Positions 51,123 through 61,233 are shown, numbered from the stretch's first letter. The stretch is 64,000 nt of DNA from Vicinamibacteria bacterium (GCA_963668695.2 CAXXLQ010000004.1:2816001-2880000); one strand, 5' to 3'. Numbers and translations are program-made. Notes: generated by a model not told the origin, from the letters alone.

Positions 51123-53502
51123 TGGGAAACCCAGCAGCCGGTGCCGGAACCCAGGCGGCCCAGTTCTCCCGGTGGGGGCTCGCCCGGCGATGCATCCCGG
51201 CCAAACACCCGGTAGTGAAACCCACGCGGCCCAGTTCTCCCGGTGGGGGCTCGGCCGGCGATCCATCCCGGCCAAACAACCGGTGATGAAACCCACGCGG
51301 CCCAGTTCTCCCGGTGGGGGCTCGGCCGGCGATCCATCCCGGCTGACCGCGTCGCTGCGCGCCGCTCATCGTTGCGTTTCGGTCGAAATACACCAGGTAT
51401 TCCTCCCTAACGCGCCTTGTCAGCCGGGCGTCTCACCGGCCTCGGCGCTCACGCGGGTTCCACCACCGGCTGTTCACCGCGTCGCTGCGCGCCGCTCATC
51501 GTTGCGTATCGGTCGGAATACACCCGGGCCAGTTCTCCCGGTGGGGGCTCCTCCCTCACGCGCCTTGTCAGCCGGGCCCCCACCGGGAGAACTGGGCCTC
51601 ACCGGCCTCGGCGCTCACGTGGGTTCCACCACCGGCTGTTCACCACTCCGCTCCGCTTCGTTCTGTGTTGCGTTTCGGTCGAAATACACCCGGGCCAGTT
51701 TTCCCGGTGGGGGCTCCTTCCTCACGCGCCTTGTCAGCCGCGCGCCTCACCCCCACCGGGAGAACTGGCGGGCTCGGCGCTCACCCGGGTTCCACCACCG
51801 ACTGCCAGAGCTCGGGCTCGCGGTGTTGCTCGGTGCATCGCCGGCGGCGGGTGAGAACTTCGTCTTCGTGGACCGGACCGAGGCGGCTGGAATCCGCTTC
51901 CACCACGAGGACGGCGGCAGCGGCCGGCGTTACGTGATCGAGATTGTCGGCGCGGGTGTCGCGGTATTCGATTACGACGGCGACGGTTGGCCGGATCTTT
52001 TTTTCGTGAACGGGCACCCGCTGCCAGGTGATACGGGCGGGGGGACGGTCGGGAACCGTCTTTTTCGGAACCGGGGGGACGGGACCTTCCGGGACCGCAC
52101 CGAGGAAGCGGGACTGCTGGATGCGCCGGACGGCCTCCGCTACGGCATGGGGGCCGTCGCGGGTGACCTCGACGGCGACGGCGATCCGGACCTGCTCGTT
52201 ACGCATTTCGGCGAAGAACGGCTCTTCCGGAATCAGGGAGACGGCACCTTTCGCGAAGTCCCGGGCGCCGGCGGTGCGAGCGATGCCCGCTGGACGACCA
52301 GCGCCGCGCTCTTCGATCCCGACGGGGACGGGGATCTGGACGTCTACGCCGCGAATTACCTCGACTACGCGCTGGAACGGCACCGCGACTGCGTGAGTCC
52401 GGTCAAGGAAGTTCTCGCCTACTGCCACCCGCAGGAATACCCGGGAGCGGCCGATTCCTTCTTCGAGAACCTGGGGGACGGGACGTTCCGGGCGGTTCCC
52501 GTTCCCGGTTCGGAGGAAGGGAAGGGGTTGGGAGTGGTCATCACGGACCTCGGAGACGACGGTGCGCCGGACGTGCACGTCGCGAACGACACGACCCCGA
52601 ACTTCCTGTTCCGGACGGAGTCCGGGCCGGAGGGGGTCCGGTTTGTCGAGGACGGGCTCGCATCCGGCGTCGCGTACAACGAGGAGGGCCTCCCGGAAGC
52701 CGGGATGGGCAACGATTGGGGAGACGTGGACCGTGACGGGCGCATGGACCTCGTCGTCACGAACTTCGACTTCGAGACGAACACCCTTTACCGGAACCTC
52801 GGCGGCGGGCTCTTCCTGGACGCCACCGCGGCCTTCGGAATCGGAAGCGAGAGCCTCACCGAACTCGCCTTCGGGTGCGATCTCGCCGATTTCGACAATG
52901 ACGGCTGGCTGGACCTGGTGGTGGCAAACGGCCACATTCTCGACAACATCGCGAAAATCCAGTCGAACCTCCGTTTCGCCCAGCCTGGTCAGGTGTTCCG
53001 GAACAACCACGGCGTCCTGAGACGCAGCCGGGCCAGCGAGGGCGACTTCGCCCGGCCGCGGGTTGGACGGGCTCTTGCCAGTCTCGACTACGACCTCGAC
53101 GGGGATCTGGACCTCGTTCTCGCCAACAACCGGGGTCCGGCGGAGTTGCTCGAGAACCGGGGCGGGGACCAATCGGGGCGTTCGGTGGGCTTCTTGCTGG
53201 TCGGGACCAGCGGAAACCGGGACGGGATCGGAGCGCTCCTGAGCCTCGCGAGCGGCGACCTCGTGCAGCGCGAGGAGCGGCGGGCAGGGGCCAGCTACCT
53301 GGCTCAGCACGATCCCGTGATGTGGTTCGGTCTCGGCCAAGCGGCCAGCGCCAGCGACATCACGATTCGGTGGCGGTCCGGGCGGGAGGAGTTCCTCGGA
53401 TCCCTGCCGGCGGGGTGGGTCCACATCATCAAGGAGGGGTCCGGGCGCATCGGCGGCTCCGAGGTGGGCGCCCGGGGGGACTCGAACCGGGAGGCGCGAT
53501 GA
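51122..53502 (+). CDS. CRTAC1-family FG-GAP/ASPIC-UnbV protein, interrupted after codon 4 by the MITE cluster (possible pseudogene; in-frame GTG at 51823)
   Basis: Body from 51808 has FDYDGDG, GMG, EAGMG and SYLAQ..FGLG; removing 51134-51807 restores MGNPELGLAVLLGASPAAG. Confidence 0.75.
51134..51805 (+). mobile_element. Amplified MITE-like cluster (three 71-bp left-end units plus repeated cores) flanked by a CA duplication
   Basis: CA|GCAGCCGGTG...CACCGACTGC|CA; core repeated three times; seven short-motif copies. Confidence 0.85.
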
Positions 53503-55199
53503 GGGCCGGGTTGGGGACGGTGGCCGGGTTGGGGACGGTGGCCGCGCAGGTCCTCCTCTTCGCCGGGGCGGCATCCGCCCAGCCGGAAATCCGCTTCACC
53601 GAGGTGGCGGAGGCGTCCGGGATCCGCTTCATCAACATGTACGGCGGGGTCCGCAGCAAGGACTTCATCGTCGAGACGACCGGTACCGGTGCGGCCTTTT
53701 TCGACTACGACGGCGACGGGGACCTGGATCTCTTCCTGGTCAACGGATCCCGACTCGGGTATGACGAAAGCCAAAGCCTTTCGAACGCGCTATTCCGGAA
53801 CGAGGGCGATGGACGATTCACGGAGGTCACCGGGCCAGCGGGCCTCGAGTCCTACGGTTGGGGGCAGGGGGCCTGGGTCGTGGATCACGACAATGACGGT
53901 GATCTCGATCTCTTCGTCACCCGCTACGGGCGGAACCTCTTCTACCGAAACCGGGGAGACGGCACCTTTGAGGAAGTGGGGCCCGAGTTGGGTCTGGACG
54001 ATCGTCAATGGGGCACCGGGGCCGCCTTCGGCGACCTGGACGGCGACGGCGTCTCCGACCTGGTGGTGGTGAACTACGTGGACTTCGACCCGGAGGGCAC
54101 CCCGGGGCCGGGAGAGGAGCCTTTCTGTTTCTTCCTCGGCATCCCGGTCATGTGCGGTCCGAAGGGGCTGGCCCCGGCGCCGGCGATCCTCTACCGCGGG
54201 CTCCCCGACGGGCGTTTCCTCCGGGTCGAAGGAGAGGAGATCGGCGCCGAGCGGTACTTCGGCCTCGGGGTGGCGCTCGGCGATCTGGATGACGACGGCG
54301 ACCTCGACGTCTACGTGGCGAACGACCAGATGCCGAACAACTTCTACCGGAACGACAGCGGGGACGGAGAACTCGAGTTCACCGAGATCGGTCTTGCGGC
54401 CGGCCTCGCCTACAACGAAGACGGGCGGGCGCAGGCGGGGATGGGGGTGGACCTCGGGGACTACGACAACGACGGGCAACTGGACATCGTCGTCACGAAC
54501 TTCTCCCACGACTACAACACGATTTACCGGGCGGCGGGTAGCGGGTGGTTCCTCGACGAATCGTTCGCCGCCGGGGTTGCGGAACCGAGCTATCCGTACC
54601 TCGGTTGGGGAACCGGATTCCGCGACCTCGATCGCGACGGTTGGCTGGATCTGGTGGTGGTGAACGGGCACGTCTATCCCGAAGTCGCGGGTGGAGTCAC
54701 GGAGAGCGACTACGCCCAGCGGGGACTTGTCTTCCGAAACCTCACCGGAGGCGTCTTCGCCGAAGTCCCGCCGACGGCGCTGGGAGTTCCCCGGGTCTAT
54801 CGCGGTGCCGCGTTCGCCGACTACGACGACGATGGAGACACCGACCTGCTGGCGACCGTCATGAACGGTCCGCCGGCGCTCTTCCGGAACGACACGGAGA
54901 CCACAGCCGCGTGGGCCGGGTTTCAGCTCGTCGGCCGGACGAGTCCGCGGGACGGGATCGGAACGCGGCTCACCCTCATGGGGGGAGACGTTTCCCAGGT
55001 GCGCGACGCGCGATCTGCGGGCAGCTACCTCGCCTCCAGCGACCCCCGGGTCTTCTTCGGCCTGGGCTTGGGAGACGGTCCATTCCGGGTCCGGGTTCGC
55101 TGGCTCTCCGGCTGCGAGCTGGAGGTCGAGGCTGTCCCCGGCGGTTACCTACCGGTAGTAGAACCGCGCGACTGCCCGGCGGACCCGGGCGGCGGGTGA
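53499..55199 (+). CDS. CRTAC1-family FG-GAP/ASPIC-UnbV protein
   Basis: ATGA overlap with the upstream gene; FDYDGDGDLD, AQAGMGVD, SYLASSD.R.FFGLG. Confidence 0.88.
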   Translation: MRAGLGTVAGLGTVAAQVLLFAGAASAQPEIRFTEVAEASGIRFINMYGGVRSKDFIVETTGTGAAFFDYDGDGDLDLFLVNGSRLGYDESQSLSNALFRNEGDGRFTEVTGPAGLESYGWGQGAWVVDHDNDGDLDLFVTRYGRNLFYRNRGDGTFEEVGPELGLDDRQWGTGAAFGDLDGDGVSDLVVVNYVDFDPEGTPGPGEEPFCFFLGIPVMCGPKGLAPAPAILYRGLPDGRFLRVEGEEIGAERYFGLGVALGDLDDDGDLDVYVANDQMPNNFYRNDSGDGELEFTEIGLAAGLAYNEDGRAQAGMGVDLGDYDNDGQLDIVVTNFSHDYNTIYRAAGSGWFLDESFAAGVAEPSYPYLGWGTGFRDLDRDGWLDLVVVNGHVYPEVAGGVTESDYAQRGLVFRNLTGGVFAEVPPTALGVPRVYRGAAFADYDDDGDTDLLATVMNGPPALFRNDTETTAAWAGFQLVGRTSPRDGIGTRLTLMGGDVSQVRDARSAGSYLASSDPRVFFGLGLGDGPFRVRVRWLSGCELEVEAVPGGYLPVVEPRDCPADPGGG

Positions 55200-55225
55200 A
55201 TGTCACGGCCTTTCGTGAAGCAATT

Positions 55226-55411
55226 ATGACCATTGTGAACACAACTTGTCTCTTGGGTCTCTTGGGATGTTTCGCGTGGGCGTCCGCTGCGTTCGGGCAG
55301 GATGGCGGCATTTCGGGCACGGTGACTGACTTTGGCGGCGGGGCGCTGCCCGGGGTGACCGTCGAAGTGTCCGGCTCGACGCTGGCCGGCCCGCAGGTGG
55401 CGGTGACCGAC
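55226..55411 (+). pseudogene. Remnant of a TonB-dependent receptor N-terminus
   Basis: Signal peptide plus GISGTVTD..G.ALPGVTVEV.......VTD, then homology stops. Confidence 0.6.
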
Positions 55412-55607
55412 CGCCTGGCGGTTCGGCGGCTGAACGGCGGGACAGCCACCGCGCCGTCCGCACCGGACCGGGTGGTCGAGCAGAGTTCGCGAGACATTTC
55501 CCCCACTCCGGGGGCAATGTCGCTCGAACAGCGGCGGTCCCTGACCACGGGCTTCGCGCCCCGTCGCTGTTTCCCCGTGTTGCTCCCCGGCGGCGTGGCG
55601 GGCGGCG

Positions 55608-55635
55608 ACGCCGCGTGGGTTCCACCACCGGCTGC
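55608..55635 (-). mobile_element. Solo MITE terminus abutting the modC stop codon
   Basis: ACGCCGCGTGGGTTCCACCACCGGCTGC|TA matches the element end. Confidence 0.65.
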
Positions 55636-56747
55636 TAGGGGGCGTCAAAGGACACGGTCTTCAGGAGCGCGAACACCTCGCCGCCGCGCTTCAGTCCGAG
55701 ATCGGCGACCGCGTCCCGAGTGATCCGGGCGCGCAGGCGCTGTCGCCCGACCTCCACCAGGATCTCGGCGAACGGACTGGCAGGATCCTCGGAGACGCTT
55801 CCGATTCTGCCGCGTAACACGTTCCGGATACTGATCGACTCGGGTGGCCGGGTCGCGAGCGCGACGTCCCGGGCGCGGACGCGAAGACGCGCCACCGCGC
55901 CCACCTGGTAGCGGGTCCCGGGCACCCGGAGAATCTGGCCGTCGAGGTCCAGTTCCGACAGCCCGAGCGCCGGAAGCTGTGCCCGGACCCGCGCGGTCAA
56001 AAGGGCGCTCGTCTCGAAGCGCGAGAGCGCGTCTCCCGCCTCCAGCCGCTCGAGCGACTCGGAGGTGGGCGCCGCCGCGGCGATCCGCCCCCCGGACATG
56101 AGCGCGATCCGGTGGGCAATTTCGATTACCTCTCCGAGGTCGTGGCTCACGTAGAGCACCGCCATCCCGGCTTCTTCGGCGAGGGAACGGAGCCACGGCA
56201 GCACGGCGTCGCGAGCCTTCCGGTGGAGCGCGGAAAGGGGCTCATCGAGCAGGAGCACGAGGGGGTCGGAGAGGAGCGTCCGCGCCAGCGAGACACGCTG
56301 GCGCTCTCCCCCCGACAGTCCCCGTGGGGTCCGCTCCAGTTGCGTCGCGAGCCCGAGTCGTTCCACGACCTCGGAGAACGCGAGGGGCCGGTTCCGCTGC
56401 GCGGCGGTGGCGCGCCGTTCCGCATAGCGGAGGTTCCCTTCTACCGAGAGGTGCTCGAAGAGCGCCGGTTCCTGAAAGGCGAAGCCGACCCGCCGGCGAT
56501 GCGGCGCCAGGAAGACCCCGCGGCTGTCGTCCTGCCAGATCGATGCGCCCGCCTGCAGTCGTCCTCGCAGCCGCGTGAGGCCGGCCACCGCGCGCAGGAC
56601 GGTGGTCTTGCCGCTGCCGGACGGCCCGAAGATCGCGGTCACTTCGCCGGCCGGTGCGGCAAACGCGGCCTCGACTTCGAAGGCCCCGACCGTGCCGCTG
56701 AGCGCCAGATCGATGGATCCGGCCGGTCGGGGAGCGGGGGCGTTCAC
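55635..56747 (-). CDS. modC: Molybdate ABC transporter ATP-binding subunit
   Basis: [23 protein letters not shown]; C-terminal TOBE domain (SIRN.L, ITR.AV..LGL..G..V). Confidence 0.92.
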   Translation of the reverse strand: MNAPAPRPAGSIDLALSGTVGAFEVEAAFAAPAGEVTAIFGPSGSGKTTVLRAVAGLTRLRGRLQAGASIWQDDSRGVFLAPHRRRVGFAFQEPALFEHLSVEGNLRYAERRATAAQRNRPLAFSEVVERLGLATQLERTPRGLSGGERQRVSLARTLLSDPLVLLLDEPLSALHRKARDAVLPWLRSLAEEAGMAVLYVSHDLGEVIEIAHRIALMSGGRIAAAAPTSESLERLEAGDALSRFETSALLTARVRAQLPALGLSELDLDGQILRVPGTRYQVGAVARLRVRARDVALATRPPESISIRNVLRGRIGSVSEDPASPFAEILVEVGRQRLRARITRDAVADLGLKRGGEVFALLKTVSFDAP

Positions 56748-57424
56748 CGAGCTCTCCCTCCCGGCCTCTGCTGCAGGCTGAGGGTCAGCGCCACCACCAC
56801 GAAGGAGAACACGAGCAGCCCGCCCGAGAGGAGATGGGCGGTGCCCCATTCCATGAGTTCCACGTGGTCGTAGATCGCGATCGAGAGCACCCGGGTGGCG
56901 CCCGGGATGTTGCCGCCGATCATCAGGATGACCCCGAACTCTCCGACGGTGTGGGCGAAGCCCAGCACCCCGCCCGCGATCAGGCCGGGCCGGGCGAGCG
57001 GCACCGCAACGGTCCAGAAAGCGTCCCAGGGAGAGGCGCGCAGCGTCGCGGCCGCCTCCAGCGGACGATCGCCGACGGCTTCGAAGGCGCTCCGGATGGG
57101 CTGGACGGTGAACGGCAGCGAGTAGATGACGGAACCGATGACCAGCCCCGGAAAGGAGAACGCCAGGGAACGCTCGCCGAACAGCCGGGCCACGAAACCA
57201 CCCGGCCCGTCGGGCCCCAGTGCGATCAGCAGGTAGAAACCAATGACGGTGGGGGGCAGAACGAGGGGTAGAGCGACGAGGGCGGCGACCGCCTCCTTGA
57301 ACCGGAAGGAGGTACGCGCGAGCCACCACGCGATCGGCGTCCCCAGAAGCAGGAGGAAGACCGTGGTCACCCCGGCCAGCTCGAGCGTGAGCCGAATCGG
57401 CGGCCAGATGGTTTCCGCGCTCAC
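56744..57424 (-). CDS. modB: Molybdate ABC transporter permease
   Basis: [41 protein letters not shown]. Confidence 0.95.
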   Translation of the reverse strand: MSAETIWPPIRLTLELAGVTTVFLLLLGTPIAWWLARTSFRFKEAVAALVALPLVLPPTVIGFYLLIALGPDGPGGFVARLFGERSLAFSFPGLVIGSVIYSLPFTVQPIRSAFEAVGDRPLEAAATLRASPWDAFWTVAVPLARPGLIAGGVLGFAHTVGEFGVILMIGGNIPGATRVLSIAIYDHVELMEWGTAHLLSGGLLVFSFVVVALTLSLQQRPGGRAR

Positions 57425-57437
57425 GATCCGTTGGGGC

Positions 57438-58211
57438 TCACTCCGCGCGATAGCCGTGTCGGCGGAGAATCTCGCGCGAAGTTTCCGACCCGAGGAAATC
57501 GAGGAATCGCGCGGCAGCCGGGTTGTCCCGCCCGGCCTCAAGCAGCACCGCCTGCTGCCGGATGGGAGCGTGGAGGTCTTCGGGTACCAGCCAGCGAGAC
57601 CCGCCCGCGCTCGAAGCGATCTGCGAGAGGGCGATGAACCCCAACTCGGCGTTCCCGGTGCGGACAAACTGATGCGCTTGGGAGACGTTTGTTCCGATGA
57701 CCCGCCGGTCCCGAAGCATGTCTTCGAGCCCGAGCGCCCTCACCGCCTCCATCGCCGCCCGGCCGTAGGGGGCGAGCGCCGGATTTGCCAGCGCGACACG
57801 GCTGAGGTCAGGATCGCGGAGAGCGCCGGGCCCCTTGATCCGTTTTGCTTCCGTGCTGAAGAGCACGAGTCTCCCCACCGCGTAGGTGCGGCGGCTGCCG
57901 GGGACTGCGAATCCGTCGCGCTCCGCCCGCTGCGGGCGCTCCTGATCGGCCGCGAGGAACACCTCGAAGGGAGCGCCCTGAACGATCTGGGCGTAGAGCT
58001 GGCCGGTGGAACCGAAGCTGAGGAGCGGAGTGTCTCCGGTCGCGTCCTCGAAAGCGGTCGCGATCTCGCGAGCCGCCGCCGTGAAGTTGGCGGCCACCGC
58101 CGCCCGGACGCTCCCGGTCCCGGCCGAGAGCTTCGCGGGCGAAGCCCACCAGACGCCGGCCGAGAGGAGGACGATCGCGAGGAGTACTACGGGGAGGGTT
58201 CGTCGAGCCAT
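57438..58211 (-). CDS. modA: Molybdate-binding periplasmic protein
   Basis: [33 protein letters not shown]. Confidence 0.93.
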   Translation of the reverse strand: MARRTLPVVLLAIVLLSAGVWWASPAKLSAGTGSVRAAVAANFTAAAREIATAFEDATGDTPLLSFGSTGQLYAQIVQGAPFEVFLAADQERPQRAERDGFAVPGSRRTYAVGRLVLFSTEAKRIKGPGALRDPDLSRVALANPALAPYGRAAMEAVRALGLEDMLRDRRVIGTNVSQAHQFVRTGNAELGFIALSQIASSAGGSRWLVPEDLHAPIRQQAVLLEAGRDNPAAARFLDFLGSETSREILRRHGYRAE

Positions 58212-58327
58212 GCCCGTCGGCATGGTATTGGGGGTTCGTTGCCGGCGGCCTGGATCGGATTCGGTCACGCGGGGACCCGATTGAGGCGGGAGAAGCGGCG
58301 CCCCCACTCCAGTGTGAAAAGACGGAT

Positions 58328-58479
58328 GGCAGCGAACTCTGTTCGCTGCCCGCGAGTTCGGGGGAAAGCGTGAAAGGGGGGATTCTCCCCTTTCACAAGA
58401 AGGTAACGACGAATCGGAACTCGCCGAAGCGCGATAGCGCGCGAGGGAGTTTCGAAGCCCGGCGCGAAGCGCCGGGCGG
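58328..58479. repeat. Dispersed multi-hairpin element, copy 2
   Basis: Homologous to 33024-33178. Confidence 0.8.
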
Positions 58480-58562
58480 TTTGGGAGCGGGGGCTGGACT
58501 CATACTCGCCCAGGAATCTGGACTCGTTCAGCGATGTGCTCCCGCTCCCGAACCGCTCTGGT

Positions 58563-59783
58563 CTAGCGGGTCGCCGTCATCATGATCTCGACCTTGATGC
58601 CGGCGCCCATCATCTGGGCCTCTACCGTGGCGCGCGCTGGAAACGGCGCGCCGACGACCTCGCGGTACACCTCGTTCATGGCGCCGTAGTCGCGCATGTC
58701 CTCGAGGAAGACGACAGCGTCGTCCACGTCCCGGAAGGTCAGTCCTCCCGCCTCGAGCGCCTCGGCAAGCCGTCCGAGGACGGCGCGCGTCTGGTCGCCG
58801 GCGTCCTCGCTACGGTCCGGTCCGGGTGCGACCATGCCGGACAGATAGAGCCGGTCGCCCGCCCAGATTCCCGGGGAGAGCGGGCTCCCTGAACGGGGGC
58901 CGCCCGGAGCCAGCACGCTGCGCTCGGCGCGGCTGGCCACACACTGGACTTCGGCCGCGAAGAGCGGGTTCGCGAGCCGCGCCTCCACCGTGGCCCGGGT
59001 CGGCGGATCCTCGGGGAAGAACTGGCGATACGCATCGTTCATATCACCGAAGGTGCGGGGGTCGTCCAGAAACACCCGGCAGTTCGCGACGTTCGAGTAG
59101 TCCATACCGGCCGCGTCGAGCACGAGGCCGATGTTCCCCATGATGCGCTGCATCTGCTCCGTCACGCCGCCCGCGACCGGCTGGTAGGTGTCCGGATCGC
59201 GCGCGGTGGCGCCGGCGACGAACAGCGTGTCTCCCGCCTCGATGCCCCAGGAGTAGGGAAGCTCGGGGCTCTTCATCGCCTCGGGGTTGATGACTCGCCG
59301 CTCCACCCCTTGTTTCACCGCGACCATCGAGATTTCGACGAGCGCTCCCGGGATCGCGATGCCGGCCTCCACCGTCGCGCGGGTCGGAGGGTCCTCGGGG
59401 AAGTACTCGCGATACACACCGTTCATCGCCTGGAAGTGCCGGATGTCCGACAGATAGACGTTGACCGCCGCCACCCGGGAAAAATCGAGTCCGACCTTCT
59501 CGAGGGTGGCGCCCATGTTGTCCATCGTCTGGCGAACCTGTGCCTCGATGCCCCCCGGAACGAGATCGAGGGTGCCGGGCACGTTGCCGAGGGCGCCCGC
59601 CAGATAGACGAGGTCGCCGCTTTCCCGGAACTCGGAGAAGGGCAGACCGACGTCACCCGTGTCGGCCGGAGCCTCGGGTGCTTCTCCCGTACCGCCGCAG
59701 CCGAGCGCGAGAAGGATCAGGAAGGGTGCGGCAACAAATCGGGTAGATCGGAACCATCGGATACCTTGGATACGCTGGATCAT
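58563..59783 (-). CDS. Lipoprotein with three tandem RidA/YjgF/UK114 domains
   Basis: Lipobox LALGC; three units each with V.L.D....MN..Y...F....P(T/A)RATV...E. Confidence 0.85.
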   Translation of the reverse strand: MIQRIQGIRWFRSTRFVAAPFLILLALGCGGTGEAPEAPADTGDVGLPFSEFRESGDLVYLAGALGNVPGTLDLVPGGIEAQVRQTMDNMGATLEKVGLDFSRVAAVNVYLSDIRHFQAMNGVYREYFPEDPPTRATVEAGIAIPGALVEISMVAVKQGVERRVINPEAMKSPELPYSWGIEAGDTLFVAGATARDPDTYQPVAGGVTEQMQRIMGNIGLVLDAAGMDYSNVANCRVFLDDPRTFGDMNDAYRQFFPEDPPTRATVEARLANPLFAAEVQCVASRAERSVLAPGGPRSGSPLSPGIWAGDRLYLSGMVAPGPDRSEDAGDQTRAVLGRLAEALEAGGLTFRDVDDAVVFLEDMRDYGAMNEVYREVVGAPFPARATVEAQMMGAGIKVEIMMTATR

Positions 59784-59928
59784 GGGGGGGAGTCCTCCGG
59801 ACATCTTGAGACGGCTCGCGATGATACATTCGGGAACCCCCGCGGCCCCGCGCGAAGGCCCGCCCACCGCCGCCCCGAAACCCGGAATCCTCCCGGGCCG
59901 GTGGCGCGGACCGGCCGCCCCAAAAAGA

Positions 59929-61233
59929 TTGCATTCCGTTTTTTGTTCCGGCCCGGGCGGCCGCCTCGCCGCCGACGGGGTTTGCCTGGAGCGCGCGCTG
60001 GCCGCTGCGGGGGCATCGACGCCCGCCTACGTGTACAGCGTGCGTGCGGTTGTCGAGCGGTTTTGCGCCCTGCAGGGGGCCCTCGCGGGAACCGACCATC
60101 TGATTGCGGTGGCGCTCAAGGCGAACGCCCTGCCGGCGCTGCTGATCCCGCTCCGGGATCTCGGCGCCGGGGTGGAGGCGGTTTCGGCGGCGGAATTGCT
60201 GGTGGCGAGCGGACTCGGTTTCCCCGGGAATCGGATGGTCATGTCCGGTGTCGGCAAGACCGAGGTGGACCTCGAGACCGCGCTGGACCTTGAGGTGCGT
60301 TTTGTTTCGGTCGAATCGGGAGCGGAGCTCGAGTTGCTGAACCGGCTGGCGCTGCGACGTGGTCTCCGGGCTCGGGCGCTCCTCCGTCTGAATCCCGGAG
60401 TGGACGTGGCGACACACCCCAAAATTGCCACGGGAACCCCCGCCGCCAAGTTCGGGATGGCAGCGGCGGACGTCCTCGAGGTCGCCGAGCGGGCCCGCGA
60501 CTGGCACGGGGTGGAGGTCCTTGGAGTTCACGCCCACGCGGGATCCCAGGTCCGCGACGTGGCGACCCTGGCGCGGAGCGCCGAGCGGCTCGGCAAGGTC
60601 TTCGCCCGCCTGCGCCGCTCCGGGATCCCCGTGCGGATTCTGGATGTCGGTGGCGGGCTCGGTATCCCGCACCGCGACGGAGAAGACGAGATCCCGCTGG
60701 CTGTTTATGCGGAAGCGGTGCTGCGAACGCTCCGGGATGTTTCGGCCAGCGAATTCCCCGATGCGGATCTCACCCTCGTGTTCGAGCCGGGGCGGGCGCT
60801 CTTCGGGCCCGCGGGAGCCTTGGTGGTGCGGGTTCTTCACACCAAGCAGACCGGAACCCGGGAGTTCTGCGTCGTCGACGGCGGGATGAACGACTTCCTG
60901 CGGCCGGCGTTGTACGGGGCCTGGCATCGCGTCGTGCCGCTCGTCCGCCGCGCGGGTCCCGATCGGGTCTTCGATGTCGTGGGCGGGGTGTGCGAGTCCG
61001 GCGACCTGTTCGGAGAAGACCGCGCGCTGCCCCCTCCGGAACCGGGAGATCTGCTCGCCGTGCTGGATGCCGGGGCCTACGGGTATTCGATGGCCTCCAA
61101 CTACAACCTGCGCCCTCGACCGGCGGAAGTCGTAACCCGGGATGGCTCCGCGTTTCTGGCGCGGCCGGCTGAGAAGCCGGCGGAACTTGCGGCCCGCGAA
61201 CTCGGTGCCCAACTGGCAGGAATTCCTGGGTGA
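59929..61233 (+). CDS. lysA: Diaminopimelate decarboxylase (start uncertain)
   Basis: TP.YVY, ALKAN, KFG, H.GSQ, DVGGG, EPGR, CESGD, GAYGYSMASNYN. Confidence 0.92.
   Translation: MHSVFCSGPGGRLAADGVCLERALAAAGASTPAYVYSVRAVVERFCALQGALAGTDHLIAVALKANALPALLIPLRDLGAGVEAVSAAELLVASGLGFPGNRMVMSGVGKTEVDLETALDLEVRFVSVESGAELELLNRLALRRGLRARALLRLNPGVDVATHPKIATGTPAAKFGMAAADVLEVAERARDWHGVEVLGVHAHAGSQVRDVATLARSAERLGKVFARLRRSGIPVRILDVGGGLGIPHRDGEDEIPLAVYAEAVLRTLRDVSASEFPDADLTLVFEPGRALFGPAGALVVRVLHTKQTGTREFCVVDGGMNDFLRPALYGAWHRVVPLVRRAGPDRVFDVVGGVCESGDLFGEDRALPPPEPGDLLAVLDAGAYGYSMASNYNLRPRPAEVVTRDGSAFLARPAEKPAELAARELGAQLAGIPG

Noticed and set aside
51160-51320. Regularly spaced 19-nt motif resembling a CRISPR array (also 24148-24237)
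   Set aside because: The intervening sequences are near-identical 71-bp tandem units rather than unique spacers, and there are no cas genes in the window
51172-51807. Long N-terminal extension of the 776-aa ORF, and similar ORFs at 23692-24293, 26367-27188 and 48094-48933
   Set aside because: Translation of GC-rich repeat DNA, not a real domain
53505-53540. 18-bp tandem duplication (AGLGTV twice) in a signal peptide
   Set aside because: In-frame local slippage, unrelated in sequence to the micro-element
58328-58479. Possible Moco riboswitch upstream of modA
   Set aside because: I see no Moco-motif consensus, and a homolog lies upstream of an unrelated aldolase gene
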